Shown here: piece after piece, positions 17,909 through 27,417 of the stretch
Layout: each line of letters starts with the position of its first letter
Numbering within the stretch: the first letter of the stretch is position 1
IMG/VR virus record: IMGVR_UViG_3300023214_000450
Location: 1-29,565 of that record
Origin: a virus
Taxonomy: Duplodnaviria; Caudoviricetes
Direction: 5' to 3' (one strand)
DNA length: 29,565 nt
Translations under genes and position numbers: made by a program
Notes under the pieces: generated by a model
Database searches by the model: none
Told to the model about the DNA's origin: nothing
Seen by the model: only the letters and a program-made list of their open reading frames with translations

Positions 17909-18124
17909 ATGATCGACCTTAACGACGACACCGCGTCCTGCAGCTGGACCTACCTGCTCGAGGCGGCCACCGGGAACGCCGTCACCGAGTTCGAGATCGA
18001 GTTCTGTGACAGCCTCCGCGAGAAGCTGGTGCGGTTCGGCGACAGCGCCCGGCTGACCGACGCGCAGTTCCACAAGCTGACCTGCATCGCGCAGGCCGGC
18101 GGGTTCTGGGAGCGCGAGCGATGA
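17909..18124 (+). CDS. Hypothetical protein, 71 aa
   Basis: GAGGGGG RBS; ATGA overlap with the next gene. Confidence 0.65.
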   Translation: MIDLNDDTASCSWTYLLEAATGNAVTEFEIEFCDSLREKLVRFGDSARLTDAQFHKLTCIAQAGGFWERER

Positions 18125-18918
18125 TCGACCTGAACCATGGCTCGGGCTTCCTCTATGGCGCCGGCGCGCCGCGCCCGCCCATTGCGGAAGCGGTGTCCGC
18201 GGCCATCGACATGGCGCTGTCCGCGCGCAACCGCGCAGAGCGTCCGCGCACCTATGTCAGTTCCTCGGGTCTCGGCCGCGACTGCCTGCGCCAGATCCAG
18301 TACGACTTCCTCGCGGTACCCAAGGACGAAGGCCAGGAGTTCGCGCCGCGCACGCTGCGCATCTTCGAGGCGGGCCATAGGGCCGAGGACATCGTCGCGG
18401 GCTGGTTCCACATCGCCGGGTTCGACCTGCGCACCGAGCGCCCCGATGGCCGCCAGTTCGGGTTTGAGGCCCTCGGGGGGCGCTTCAAGGGCCATATCGA
18501 CGGCTGCCTCGTCTCGGGCCCCGTCGCGATGGACTATCCCGCGCTCTGGGAGAACAAGGCGCTCGGCGCAGCCAGCTGGAAGGACGTGGTCAAGCGCGGC
18601 GTCAGCCTCGCCCGGCCGGTCTATGCGGCCCAGATCGCGCTCTATCAGGCCTATATGGACCTGCCGGCCCCGGCGCTTTTCACCGCGTTGAACCGCGACA
18701 CGATGGAGCTGCACGCCGAGCTCGTGCCCTTCGATGCGCACCTCGCGCAGGAGATGTCGGATCGCGCCGTCGCCGTGGTGCGGGCCTCCGAAGCCGGGGA
18801 ATGGCTGCCGCGGGCCGCGGCCGAACCCACGGCGGTCCTCTGCCGCGGCGGCATGGCGGCCGGCAAATGGCACGCGCCATGTGCCTGGGCAGGCCGGTGC
18901 TGGGGAGAGCGGCGATGA
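18121..18918 (+). CDS. PD-(D/E)xK nuclease, Cas4/RecB-like phage exonuclease, 265 aa
   Basis: One N-terminal Cys (GRDCLRQ) and three C-terminal Cys (Fe-S staple pattern); GHIDG...WENK...QIALY. Confidence 0.78.
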   Translation: MIDLNHGSGFLYGAGAPRPPIAEAVSAAIDMALSARNRAERPRTYVSSSGLGRDCLRQIQYDFLAVPKDEGQEFAPRTLRIFEAGHRAEDIVAGWFHIAGFDLRTERPDGRQFGFEALGGRFKGHIDGCLVSGPVAMDYPALWENKALGAASWKDVVKRGVSLARPVYAAQIALYQAYMDLPAPALFTALNRDTMELHAELVPFDAHLAQEMSDRAVAVVRASEAGEWLPRAAAEPTAVLCRGGMAAGKWHAPCAWAGRCWGERR

Positions 18919-19664
18919 TCCACGACGCCTATGAACTCAAGCGGATCGTGCGGGCCCAACGCGAGCGGTTCTGGTGCTCCGACCTGCTCGGAGCGGCGGA
19001 GTTCGCGCCGATCTATTTCTTCGACGATCAGGCCGCCTTCGATGGCGATATCGTCGACCGCGCGATGACCCGGGTCTTTACCGGTCCGCTTCGGCTGCCG
19101 CATCCGTCCGTGATCTTCGAGGTGCGCGAGCAGCGCGCGTCTCCCTCGGGCCTCATCGTCTGCGCCCGCGCCGACGGCGACATCGTCGAGGCCACGTTCC
19201 TCATGCGCAAGCGGGCGCCGCGCGGCTGGACGGATTGCCTGGTGCGGATCTGGATTCATCCGGACGGCAAGGCGGAGATCGAGGGCAACCCGGCCGAGCG
19301 ACACGACGAGACGGTCCGTGGCCACGGCGAGGTCGCCGCCGGCATCGTCTGGCGCGCGCTGACCATTCTCGGCGCGTCCCCGGACATCCGCGACCGCAAG
19401 GTGTCGCTCGCGAAACGGTCCCGCCTGTCCCGCGAGGGCGTGCGCGGATGGGTCTGGCGCCAGGTCGCCATCGATCCGGCGCGCCTGCGGGCGGCGACGC
19501 CGCCGCAGGGCGGCAGTCACGCCAGCCCGCGCTGGCACATCCGCCGCGGTCACTGGCGGCAGCTCGCCGACGGGCGTCGGGTCTTCGTCCGCCAGTGCGA
19601 GGTGGGCGATCCGACCCGCGGCGGGATCGTCAAGGATTACGCAGTGGAGGCACCCCATTCATGA
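18915..19664 (+). CDS. Hypothetical phage protein, about 249 aa
   Basis: ATGA overlaps at both ends; C-terminal SPRWHIRRGHWR motif. Confidence 0.7.
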   Translation: MIHDAYELKRIVRAQRERFWCSDLLGAAEFAPIYFFDDQAAFDGDIVDRAMTRVFTGPLRLPHPSVIFEVREQRASPSGLIVCARADGDIVEATFLMRKRAPRGWTDCLVRIWIHPDGKAEIEGNPAERHDETVRGHGEVAAGIVWRALTILGASPDIRDRKVSLAKRSRLSREGVRGWVWRQVAIDPARLRAATPPQGGSHASPRWHIRRGHWRQLADGRRVFVRQCEVGDPTRGGIVKDYAVEAPHS

Positions 19665-20980
19665 CCGAGTTCACCCCATCCTCCACGCAGGCCGCCGCGA
19701 TCCGCGAGATCAGGGAGTGGTTCGAGACCCGCACGGAGCAGCAGCAGGTGTTCCGCCTGTTCGGCTATGCCGGGTCCGGCAAGACCACCGTGCTGAAGTT
19801 CGCGCTCGACGAACTCGGCCTCTCGCCCCACCGCAGCGCGAAGGACGGCCGCTGCGTGCCCGGCGTCGTCACCGCCACCTTTACCGGCAAGGCCGCGCTG
19901 GTGCTGACCCGCAAGGGCACGCCCGCGCGCACCATTCACAGCCTGATCTACTCGGTGATCGAGTCGACCGAGGAGGAGATCGAGGAAGCCGCCCGGAAGA
20001 TCGCGGCGGCTGAGCGCGACGCGCGTCGCCTTACCGGGTTCGCGCGCACCACGGCCGATGCCGCGATCGAGGCCATGCGCCAGGGGCTCTCGGCGATGAA
20101 GCACCCGCGCTTCGCCCTGAACCCGCAGAGCGACGCCGCGGACGCCCGGCTGATCGTGCTCGACGAGGTGTCGATGGTCGGCGAGGAGATGGCGCGCGAT
20201 CTGATGAGCTTCGGCAAGCCGATCCTCGTGCTCGGCGATCCCGGCCAGCTGCCGCCGATCCGGGGCGAAGGCGCCTTCACCCGCGACGAGCCGGACGTGA
20301 TGCTGACCGAGATCCACCGCCAGGCGGCCGAGAGCGCGATCATCCGTCTCGCGACCATGGCGCGGGAGGGTCGGCCCATCGGCTTCGGCGTCTACGACGA
20401 CCATGTCGCGAAGCTCCGCAAGGGCGACATCACGCCGGAACAGGCCCTGCGCGGCGGCCAGCTGATCTGCGGGCTGAACGCCACGCGGCTGCAGATCAAC
20501 AACGCCATGCGCGCGGCTGCAGGGCTCGGCGGGACCTGGCTGCCCACGGGACCGTCCGAGAAGATCATCTGCCTGAAGAACCAGAACGATCTGGGGCTGA
20601 TCAACGGGATGTTCGTGACGCTCGAGGACATCGTCGACGAGGGCAGCCTCTACTTCTCCGCCGTCGTCCACGACGAGGACGGACGCCACATCGGCGAGCC
20701 CTATGAGGACGGGCGTCCGGGCCGGCTGCGCATCTACAAGGGGCACTTCGAGGACCATCTCGCCTACGACGACAAGCGTCACGACCGCGACTACAAGGAG
20801 AAGCGTCTGCTGACCGAGGCGACCTTCGGCTGGGCGATCACCGCCCACAAGGCGCAGGGCTCGCAGTGGGAGAACGTGATCGTCTGGGACGACGGGCTGG
20901 GCCGAAGCGAGATCGACCGCCGCCGCTGGCTCTACACCGCGATCACCCGGGCCGAGCGCGGTCTCGTCCTTCTGGCCTGA
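19661..20980 (+). CDS. RecD/Dda-like SF1B ATP-dependent DNA helicase, about 439 aa
   Basis: GYAGSGKTT, TFTGKAA, TIHSLIY, LDEVSMV, GDPGQLPPI, LTEIHRQ, AITAHKAQGSQW and LYTAITRA; GGAGG RBS before ATG 19661. Confidence 0.92.
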   Translation: MTEFTPSSTQAAAIREIREWFETRTEQQQVFRLFGYAGSGKTTVLKFALDELGLSPHRSAKDGRCVPGVVTATFTGKAALVLTRKGTPARTIHSLIYSVIESTEEEIEEAARKIAAAERDARRLTGFARTTADAAIEAMRQGLSAMKHPRFALNPQSDAADARLIVLDEVSMVGEEMARDLMSFGKPILVLGDPGQLPPIRGEGAFTRDEPDVMLTEIHRQAAESAIIRLATMAREGRPIGFGVYDDHVAKLRKGDITPEQALRGGQLICGLNATRLQINNAMRAAAGLGGTWLPTGPSEKIICLKNQNDLGLINGMFVTLEDIVDEGSLYFSAVVHDEDGRHIGEPYEDGRPGRLRIYKGHFEDHLAYDDKRHDRDYKEKRLLTEATFGWAITAHKAQGSQWENVIVWDDGLGRSEIDRRRWLYTAITRAERGLVLLA

Positions 20981-20988
20981 GGGGCGCG

Positions 20989-23574
20989 ATGATCGACCTC
21001 AACGACATCGTGGTCCCGAAGACCCGGCACGATCTGGCGGTCGTGAAGGAGCGGCTCGCCTGCACGGCCGCCGACTGGCTGCCGGGGCTTTTCCCCGAGG
21101 CCAGGCTCGCGCGGGACCGTCGCTCCTTGCGCTGCGCAGACCTCTCCGGGCGCCCGCCACGCAAGGAGGGCTCCTGCACCATCCATCTCGACGGGCCCTA
21201 TGCAGGCTGGGGCTTCGACTACGCCACCGGCGAGCGGGCCGGTCCCATCGACCTGATCGCGCAGGCGACCGGACTCTGCGACGGCGCGCTCTTCGACGAG
21301 GCAGCGCGGCTCGCGGGGATGGAACACCCTGCGTTGCAACCCACGATGGCGTCGCCCATGCGCGCTCGCCCCGACCACTCGGCCGAGATCGCGCGTCTGG
21401 TCGGTGGGGCCGTGCCGATCGCAGGCACGCCGGGCGAGACCTACCTGCGCGCTCGCAGGCTGTCGGATCCCGGATCGCCCGACCTTCTGTTCCATCCCGA
21501 CTTGCCGGACTTCGACCGCTGCCGCGGCTGGCCCGGCCTGATCGCGATCCTGCGGCTGCCGGGCGGGGAGCGCGCGCCGGGTATCCACCGCACCTTCCTG
21601 CTCGACGACGGCAGCGCCAAGGCGCCCCCGGGCAAGAAGATGCTCGGCAGCGTGAAGGATGCCGTGGTCCGGCTCTTCCCGATGCCCGAGGACGGCCACA
21701 TCGGCATCGCCGAGGGCATCGAGACGGCGCTCGCCGCGCACGCGCTCTTCGGCACACCGGTCTGGGCGGCGCTGTCGGCGGACGGTCTGGCGCGGTTGCA
21801 GTGGCCCGAGGGCACCCGCCGCGTAACCATCTACGCCGATGCCGGGGACGCAGGTCGCCAGGCGGCCGCGACGCTCTCCGATCGCCTCAACCGGGCCGAC
21901 ATCCCGAACGAGATCGTCGGACCGCTGCATGGCGACGACTTCAACGACGACCTTCTGCGCGGCACCCGCGCCGAGGATTACGCGCGACTGGCTGACACCA
22001 CAGCGGCGGCGCAGGACGGGGATCCGGCACAGCCCGAGACGGCAACACCTGTCGTTGCGTCTGCTGACGATCCCGCAACGCTGATCGCCGCGGCCGAGGC
22101 GCTGACCAACCCGCCCGAGTTCGAAGCCCTGTCCATGTTGCTCGGACGCATCGCGCTGGCGAAGCTCAACCCGCTGCCCGAGCGGCAGGTCATCGCGCGG
22201 ATCAAGTCCGCGACAGGCATCGGCATGTCGGTCCTGACCCAGCAGCTGGCAGAGCTCCGCCGCCGCGTGAACGCCACCGGCGACCCGCATGCGCCGATCC
22301 CGAAGCCCGCCTGGTTCAGGCGCCTGCGGCTCGATCTCGCGGGCGCGCCCGAGCGCAACGAGGCCAACGTCATCGTCGCGCTGACCTCCGATCCGGCCTT
22401 CGCGGGCGTTCTCGCCTTCGACGAGTTCGGGCAGGAGATCGTCGTGCGCCAGCCGTTGCCTTGGGATTGTGCCGCCGCCTCCCTCCCGCGTCCCTGGGAG
22501 GACGCCGACGACATCCGCACCGCCGAATGGCTGCAACTCCGCGGCATCAACGTGGCGCCGGTGGTCGTGAGCCGTGCCGTCGGCGCCGTCGCCCGCGAGC
22601 TGCGCATCCATCCCGTCCGAGACTGGCTTGGCACCCTGACATGGGACGGTACGCCCCGGATCGAGACCTGGACCAGCACGTATCTCGGCGCCGAGCCCAC
22701 CGCGTTCAATCACACCATCGGCGCGCTCTGGCTGATCTCGGCCGTCGCCCGCATCTACCGCCCCGGCGTGAAAGCCGACCACATGCTGATCCTGGAGGGG
22801 CCGCAGGGCGCACGCAAATCCACCGCGATCAAGGTGCTCGCGGGCGAGGAATGGTTCACCGACGAGCTGCCGGAGCTCGGCTCGAAGGACGCCGCACTGC
22901 ACATGCAGGGTGTCTGGATCGTGGAGATCGGCGAACTCGACGCCATCGGCCGCGCCGAGGTCTCGCGCATCAAGGCCTTCCTGACCCGCACCACCGACCG
23001 CTTCCGCCCGCCCTACGGCCGCTACACCGTCGAGGTGCCTCGGCAGTGCGTCTTCGCCGGCACCGTGAACCCCGACACCTATCTGCGCGACGAGACCGGC
23101 AACCGCCGCTTCTGGCCGCTCCGATGCGGCACCATAGACATCGCGGCGCTAGCGCGCGACCGGCACCAGCTCTGGGCCGAGGCCGCCCACCGCTTCCGCG
23201 CCGGTGCAATCTGGTGGATCGACGATCCGGCGCTGCTGGCCGAAGCCCGCGAGGAACAGGACCGCCGCTACCAGTCCGACGCCTGGGACGACCTCATCGA
23301 ACACTGGCTGATCCACGAGGTCCGCACCGTTTCCGACGGCTTCCCCGACTATGGCAACTCCCGCACCGAGAGCGTTCCGCGCCCGGAGCCGCTGAGGGAC
23401 GTGTCGGTCGGCGAGATCCTCGAGGAAGCGATAGGGCTCGAACCCGCGAGGTGGACCCGCGGCGACCAGATGCGCGTGTCGGCCTACCTCAAGGCCAACG
23501 GCTGGGAGCGATACCGGCGGCGCGACGAGGGCGGGCGCGAGGCGCCGCGGGAATGGCGGTATCGGAGGGCATAG
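20989..23574 (+). CDS. Primase-helicase: Toprim domain fused to a virulence-associated E (VapE)-type ATPase, about 861 aa
   Basis: Toprim motifs IAEGIETAL and IYADAGDAG; VapE motifs LEGPQGARKST, WIVEIGELD, RPPYGR, FAGTVN and DETGNRRFWP. Confidence 0.9.
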   Translation: MIDLNDIVVPKTRHDLAVVKERLACTAADWLPGLFPEARLARDRRSLRCADLSGRPPRKEGSCTIHLDGPYAGWGFDYATGERAGPIDLIAQATGLCDGALFDEAARLAGMEHPALQPTMASPMRARPDHSAEIARLVGGAVPIAGTPGETYLRARRLSDPGSPDLLFHPDLPDFDRCRGWPGLIAILRLPGGERAPGIHRTFLLDDGSAKAPPGKKMLGSVKDAVVRLFPMPEDGHIGIAEGIETALAAHALFGTPVWAALSADGLARLQWPEGTRRVTIYADAGDAGRQAAATLSDRLNRADIPNEIVGPLHGDDFNDDLLRGTRAEDYARLADTTAAAQDGDPAQPETATPVVASADDPATLIAAAEALTNPPEFEALSMLLGRIALAKLNPLPERQVIARIKSATGIGMSVLTQQLAELRRRVNATGDPHAPIPKPAWFRRLRLDLAGAPERNEANVIVALTSDPAFAGVLAFDEFGQEIVVRQPLPWDCAAASLPRPWEDADDIRTAEWLQLRGINVAPVVVSRAVGAVARELRIHPVRDWLGTLTWDGTPRIETWTSTYLGAEPTAFNHTIGALWLISAVARIYRPGVKADHMLILEGPQGARKSTAIKVLAGEEWFTDELPELGSKDAALHMQGVWIVEIGELDAIGRAEVSRIKAFLTRTTDRFRPPYGRYTVEVPRQCVFAGTVNPDTYLRDETGNRRFWPLRCGTIDIAALARDRHQLWAEAAHRFRAGAIWWIDDPALLAEAREEQDRRYQSDAWDDLIEHWLIHEVRTVSDGFPDYGNSRTESVPRPEPLRDVSVGEILEEAIGLEPARWTRGDQMRVSAYLKANGWERYRRRDEGGREAPREWRYRRA

Positions 23575-23608
23575 TGCTTTGCACACATGCGTGCTCGGCG
23601 GTCCCGAC

Positions 23609-24373
23609 CTATCCGAAAACCAGCCCGCCATCCACGATCAGGTTCTGACCGGTGACCGACCGCGCCCATGGCGACGCGAAGAACAGGACCGCATCGGCCA
23701 GCTCCTCCGGCGTCGTCGCGCGACCGAGTGGGGTCTGCCCGGCGACGATGTCGAATACCGCATCGGGTGTCGCGGCGCTGGCATCGGTGGTGCGCAGCAA
23801 TCCGCCCGAGACCATGTTGACCGTGACGCCGAGAGGGCCAAGCTCCTTTGCCGCGGTGCGCGTGAAGGCCAGGAGCGCACCCTTGGCGGCCGTATAGTCG
23901 TGATAGGGCACCACCGGGTTCTGCAAAAGGTTCGTGCCGATGGTCACGACACGCCCGAAACCTCGCGCCTCGAAATGCAGGCGCAGGGGCTGAATGCAGT
24001 TGAGCGCGCCCCCGACCGCCGTTTCCGTCTGTCGCGCGATCTCGGTCCAGGTCAGGCGCTCGAGATGCGCCCGTGCATCGCCGTTAAAAGAGAAGTCGGC
24101 GAGTGCGTTGTGCACGAGAACGTCGGGCGGGCCGAGCCTCTCGACGATCTCGTCGACCATCCGGACGACCGCCTGCGCATCGGTCACGTCGGCGACAAAC
24201 GCTGCGACGCGCGGGCCGAGATCAGACGCGAGCGCGTCAGCCGCCTCCTTGCTCCTTCGGCAGTTGATCGCGACCTGCGCCCCCTCTCGCGCAAAGGCAC
24301 GCGCGATTGCGGCGCCGAGGCCGCGGCCTCCGCCAGTAATCAGTACAGTTTGTTCGTTCAGTGGCAGGGTCAT
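23609..24373 (-). CDS. Short-chain dehydrogenase/reductase (FabG-like; resembles thiamine-regulon OarX), about 254 aa
   Basis: TGGGRGLG cofactor motif, YTAAK catalytic motif, VTGQNLIVDGG. ATG 24373 overlaps the natural tenA stop and has an AAGGA RBS. Confidence 0.85.
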   Translation of the reverse strand: MTLPLNEQTVLITGGGRGLGAAIARAFAREGAQVAINCRRSKEAADALASDLGPRVAAFVADVTDAQAVVRMVDEIVERLGPPDVLVHNALADFSFNGDARAHLERLTWTEIARQTETAVGGALNCIQPLRLHFEARGFGRVVTIGTNLLQNPVVPYHDYTAAKGALLAFTRTAAKELGPLGVTVNMVSGGLLRTTDASAATPDAVFDIVAGQTPLGRATTPEELADAVLFFASPWARSVTGQNLIVDGGLVFG

Positions 24374-25059
24374 GCCGTCATTCCTTCTTTCGGGGTTGTG
24401 TCGGGCCAGGTTTCCAGCCGCCAGGCACTGTCCCAGAACACCCATTCCAGAAGCGCGCTTTTGGTGAAGGCCGCTTGCATGCGCGCCAGTTCCGTGGCGC
24501 CAGCGGCCGCGCCAAGACGGTCGACCAGCGCGCACATGCGGGTGACGGAAGCATCGAAGTCCGCCCCTGCATAAGTGTCGATCTAGGCGCGATAGGGGTT
24601 GTCGGCGCTGGCTTTCGCATGAATGTCGTTGCCGACGTCGCGATAGACCCAGAAACAGGGAAGCAGGGCCGCCACGGCCTCGCCCACACTTCGCGTTGCG
24701 GCCGTAGCCACAAGGAAGCTGACATAATGCGCGCAAGCCGGGCTGGGCGGGGTGGTGGCAAAGGTCGCGGGGTCAACCCCGAACAGGCCCATGTAATGCG
24801 CGTGCAACTGCCGCTCGACTGCAATGGCTCCGGCGCCCGAGCCAGCGAGTTGGGCCACGGCCTCGGCATCTGGGGCGCCGGTCGCAGCACAGGCAAGCGC
24901 GCGCGCAAAGCCTTCGAGGTAATACGCGTCCTGAACGATATAGTGGCGGAACACCTCTTGCGGCAGCGTGCCGTCGGCCAGCGCGCGGTTGAACGGCATG
25001 GCGCGGATATCGGCACAAAGCTGAGCGTTTTCCGCCAGCACGGTTTCGGTGAAGCTCAT
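24370..25059 (-). pseudogene. tenA: Thiaminase II (TenA) interrupted by an in-frame amber codon
   Basis: YIVQDAYYL and LLPCFWVY, then NPYRA-TAG(24583-24585)-IDTY continuing in frame to LEWVFWDSAW and a TGA at 24370-24372. The TAG sits where TenA proteins have Trp (NPYxxWI). Confidence 0.88.
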
Positions 25060-25859
25060 GGCCGAACCTCATTCATGATGTGGAAATGGTGCGTCGGACC
25101 GTGCCCGTGTCCGACCGTCAGCGCATCAGCCTCGGCGATGGCGGCGGCGACATACGCCTTGGCCTCTGCTGCCGCGCGACCCGGGTTCAGGCCATGCGCG
25201 AGGAACGTCGCGAGCGACGACGACAGCGTGCACCCCGTGCCGTGCGTCTTTTGCGTGGCGTGGCGCGAGCCGGGCAGCCAGGTCGGACCTGCGGCCTCGA
25301 CCAGCAGGTCGGGGCAGTCTTCGCCGCCTAGGTGCCCGCCTTTCAGCAGCACCGCCTTGGGCCCGAGATCGAGGAGCGCACGCGCCTGCGCGGCCATGCC
25401 TTCCCGCGTCGTGGCCTCCTTGGCTCCCAGCAGATCGGCAGCCTCGGGCAGGTTCGGCGTGATGACCGTGGCGCGGGGCAGCGCGTCGCGCAGGGCGGCC
25501 ACCGCCTCGGCTTCGAGCAGGCGGTCGCCGCTCTTGGCCACCATCACCGGGTCGAGCACCACCGGCGCATCAAGTCCCTCCAGTGCGGTGACGACCGCCG
25601 CCACGGTTGCGGCGCTCCCAAGCATGCCGATCTTGACTGCGTCGATCCGGATATCCGCCCGGATCGCGGCGATCTGCGCGGCGACGAAATCTGGGGCCAC
25701 CATCTGCACCCCGCGCACGCCGCGGGTATTCTGCGCCGTCAGCGCCGTGATCGCGGCCATCGCGTAGCCGCGGCAGGCCGAGATCGCCTTGACATCGGCC
25801 TGGATGCCGGCCCCACCCGAAGGATCGGAGCCTGCTATGGACAGCACGTTGGGGATCAT
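25056..25859 (-). CDS. thiD: Hydroxymethylpyrimidine/phosphomethylpyrimidine kinase
   Basis: IAGSDPSGGAGIQAD, TAQNT, VKIGML, VLDPVMVAKSG, TPNLPEA, LLKGGH and THGTGCTLS. Confidence 0.95.
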   Translation of the reverse strand: MIPNVLSIAGSDPSGGAGIQADVKAISACRGYAMAAITALTAQNTRGVRGVQMVAPDFVAAQIAAIRADIRIDAVKIGMLGSAATVAAVVTALEGLDAPVVLDPVMVAKSGDRLLEAEAVAALRDALPRATVITPNLPEAADLLGAKEATTREGMAAQARALLDLGPKAVLLKGGHLGGEDCPDLLVEAAGPTWLPGSRHATQKTHGTGCTLSSSLATFLAHGLNPGRAAAEAKAYVAAAIAEADALTVGHGHGPTHHFHIMNEVRP

Positions 25860-26467
25860 TTCTGCCTCCATTCCCGCACGAGGGCGCGGGTCGCCACTTC
25901 AGGGTCGGGCGCGCGCACCACGGCCGAAACGACGGCGAGTCCCGCCGCCTCTGCGCGCCGCACCGGTTGCGCATCGCCGAGGCCGAGGCCACCGATCGCC
26001 ACCGCCGGAACCCGCGACCGGGCGGCGATACGCGCGAGGCCATCGAAGCCTATGGGGGCGGCATGATCCGGCTTGGTTGCCGTGGCCCGGATCGGCCCGG
26101 CACCGATGTAGTCGACACCGCACGGGATCGCGGCACATTGCTCGGCCGCCTCGACCGACAGTCCGAGGATCTTTCCCGCGCCGAGACGGGCGCGCACCGC
26201 GCCCGGATCGCCATCGCCCTGGCCGATATGCAGCCCGTCGGCGCCGGAGGCCACCGCGACCTCCAGCCGGTCGTTGACGATCAGCTTGACGCCGAGCGGA
26301 GCAAGCTCGGCCATCAGCATGCGGGCGAGCGCCAGCAGATCGGCATCCGACGCAGTCTTGTCGCGCAGCTGCACGGCCCAGGCCCCGCCGCGCGCCGCCG
26401 CGCGCGCCTGGTCGACGACCGCGTGCGGGGCGCCCGGATCGGTGATGACGTAAACGGCGCCGATCAT
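25856..26467 (-). CDS. thiE: Thiamine-phosphate synthase
   Basis: VQLRDK, LIVNDR, DGLHIGQGD, DYIGAGP, TATKPD and VAIGG; ATGA overlaps at both ends. Confidence 0.95.
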   Translation of the reverse strand: MIGAVYVITDPGAPHAVVDQARAAARGGAWAVQLRDKTASDADLLALARMLMAELAPLGVKLIVNDRLEVAVASGADGLHIGQGDGDPGAVRARLGAGKILGLSVEAAEQCAAIPCGVDYIGAGPIRATATKPDHAAPIGFDGLARIAARSRVPAVAIGGLGLGDAQPVRRAEAAGLAVVSAVVRAPDPEVATRALVREWRQK

Positions 26468-27252
26468 TCCACGCTCACCCTGGCGCCAGCATCGAGCGCC
26501 TCTGGAGTCAGCGCCGCCAGCGCATCGAGGAAGGCCGGCTGAAAACTGCCCGGGCCTTGGGCATTTCCAGCAGCATGCTCCCCGGCCAGACCGTAAAAGG
26601 CGAGCGCCGCCGCGGTCGCCTCGAGCAACGGTTGACTCACGCAGAAGGCCGCGATCACGCCGTTGAGCGAGCAACCCATCACCGTGACACACGCCATGAG
26701 CGGATGCCCGTTGGCCACCCGATACCCCTTCGACCCGTCGGTGACGTAATCGACCGGGCCGGAAACGGCGACGACGCCACCCGTGCTTTGCGCCAGCGTC
26801 CGCGCCGCCTCCATCGCCGCCTCAACACTGTCGCCCGCATCGACCCCGCGCGCCGCGCCGGACAGCCCCGCCAGCGTCAGGACCTCGGATGCGTTGCCGC
26901 GGATGACGCTTGGCCCGAGGTCGATGAGCTTTTGCGACAAGTCCCTCCGGAAACGTGTCGCCGCCACGCCGACCGGATCGAACACCCAGGGCCTTGCGGC
27001 GCCGTTCATCACGACGGCTGCCTCCTCCATCGCGGCACCCCAGTCGGGGTCGGCTGTGCCGATATTGACCGTGAGCGCCTGCGCAAGACCTGCGAACTCC
27101 GCGGCCTCTTCGCGCGCATGCACCATCGCCGGGGACGCCCCCGCAGCAAGCAGCACGTTGGCCATGAAATTCATCGCCACGAAATTTGTGATGTTGTGCA
27201 CGAGAGGCGCGGTGTCGCGCATGCGTGCGAGGTGTTCTCCAGGGTATTGCAT
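26464..27252 (-). CDS. thiM: Hydroxyethylthiazole kinase
   Basis: PLVHNITNFV, ANVLLAAGASPAM, VNIGT, DPVGV, IRGNASE, GCSL and GPGSF. Confidence 0.95.
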   Translation of the reverse strand: MQYPGEHLARMRDTAPLVHNITNFVAMNFMANVLLAAGASPAMVHAREEAAEFAGLAQALTVNIGTADPDWGAAMEEAAVVMNGAARPWVFDPVGVAATRFRRDLSQKLIDLGPSVIRGNASEVLTLAGLSGAARGVDAGDSVEAAMEAARTLAQSTGGVVAVSGPVDYVTDGSKGYRVANGHPLMACVTVMGCSLNGVIAAFCVSQPLLEATAAALAFYGLAGEHAAGNAQGPGSFQPAFLDALAALTPEALDAGARVSVE

Positions 27253-27255
27253 ATC

Positions 27256-27279
27256 TCTCCCCGCTCAGACGCAGGGAGA
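27256..27279 (-). promoter_or_regulatory. RBS-sequestering hairpin (riboswitch expression platform)
   Basis: Minus-strand TCTCCCTGC-gtctga-GCGGGGAGA pairs over the thiM Shine-Dalgarno sequence. Confidence 0.7.
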
Positions 27280-27325
27280 CGCGATACGGGGAACTGATAG
27301 GCGGAGCCGCCTGTTGCTCGTCGCA

Positions 27326-27414
27326 CCGCGGACTCCCTACGCCAGCATGATCTGGTTCAGGTTCGAAGGGTGCTTCTCAGACCGCGCCAAATGCGCGGAC
27401 GCCCCTGTCCGTGG
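27326..27414 (-). ncRNA. TPP riboswitch (THI element)
   Basis: Minus strand reads GGAC-AGGGG...CTGAGA...ACCCTTCGAACCTGAACCAGATCATGCTGGCGTAGGGA-GTCC, the canonical aptamer, upstream of thiM. Confidence 0.95.
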
Positions 27415-27417
27415 CGC

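Noticed and set aside
20932-22902. Long antisense ORFs (656 aa here; also 3393-4835, 10051-11151, 11616-12899, 19637-20848, 24361-25767)
   Set aside because: They lie opposite genes with clear motifs, show no motifs of their own and are expected in high-GC coding DNA.
24378-25016. 212-aa ORF suggesting a frameshifted tenA
   Set aside because: The TenA C-terminus continues in the same frame as the N-terminus after the TAG, so no frameshift is needed; this ORF is an off-frame shadow.
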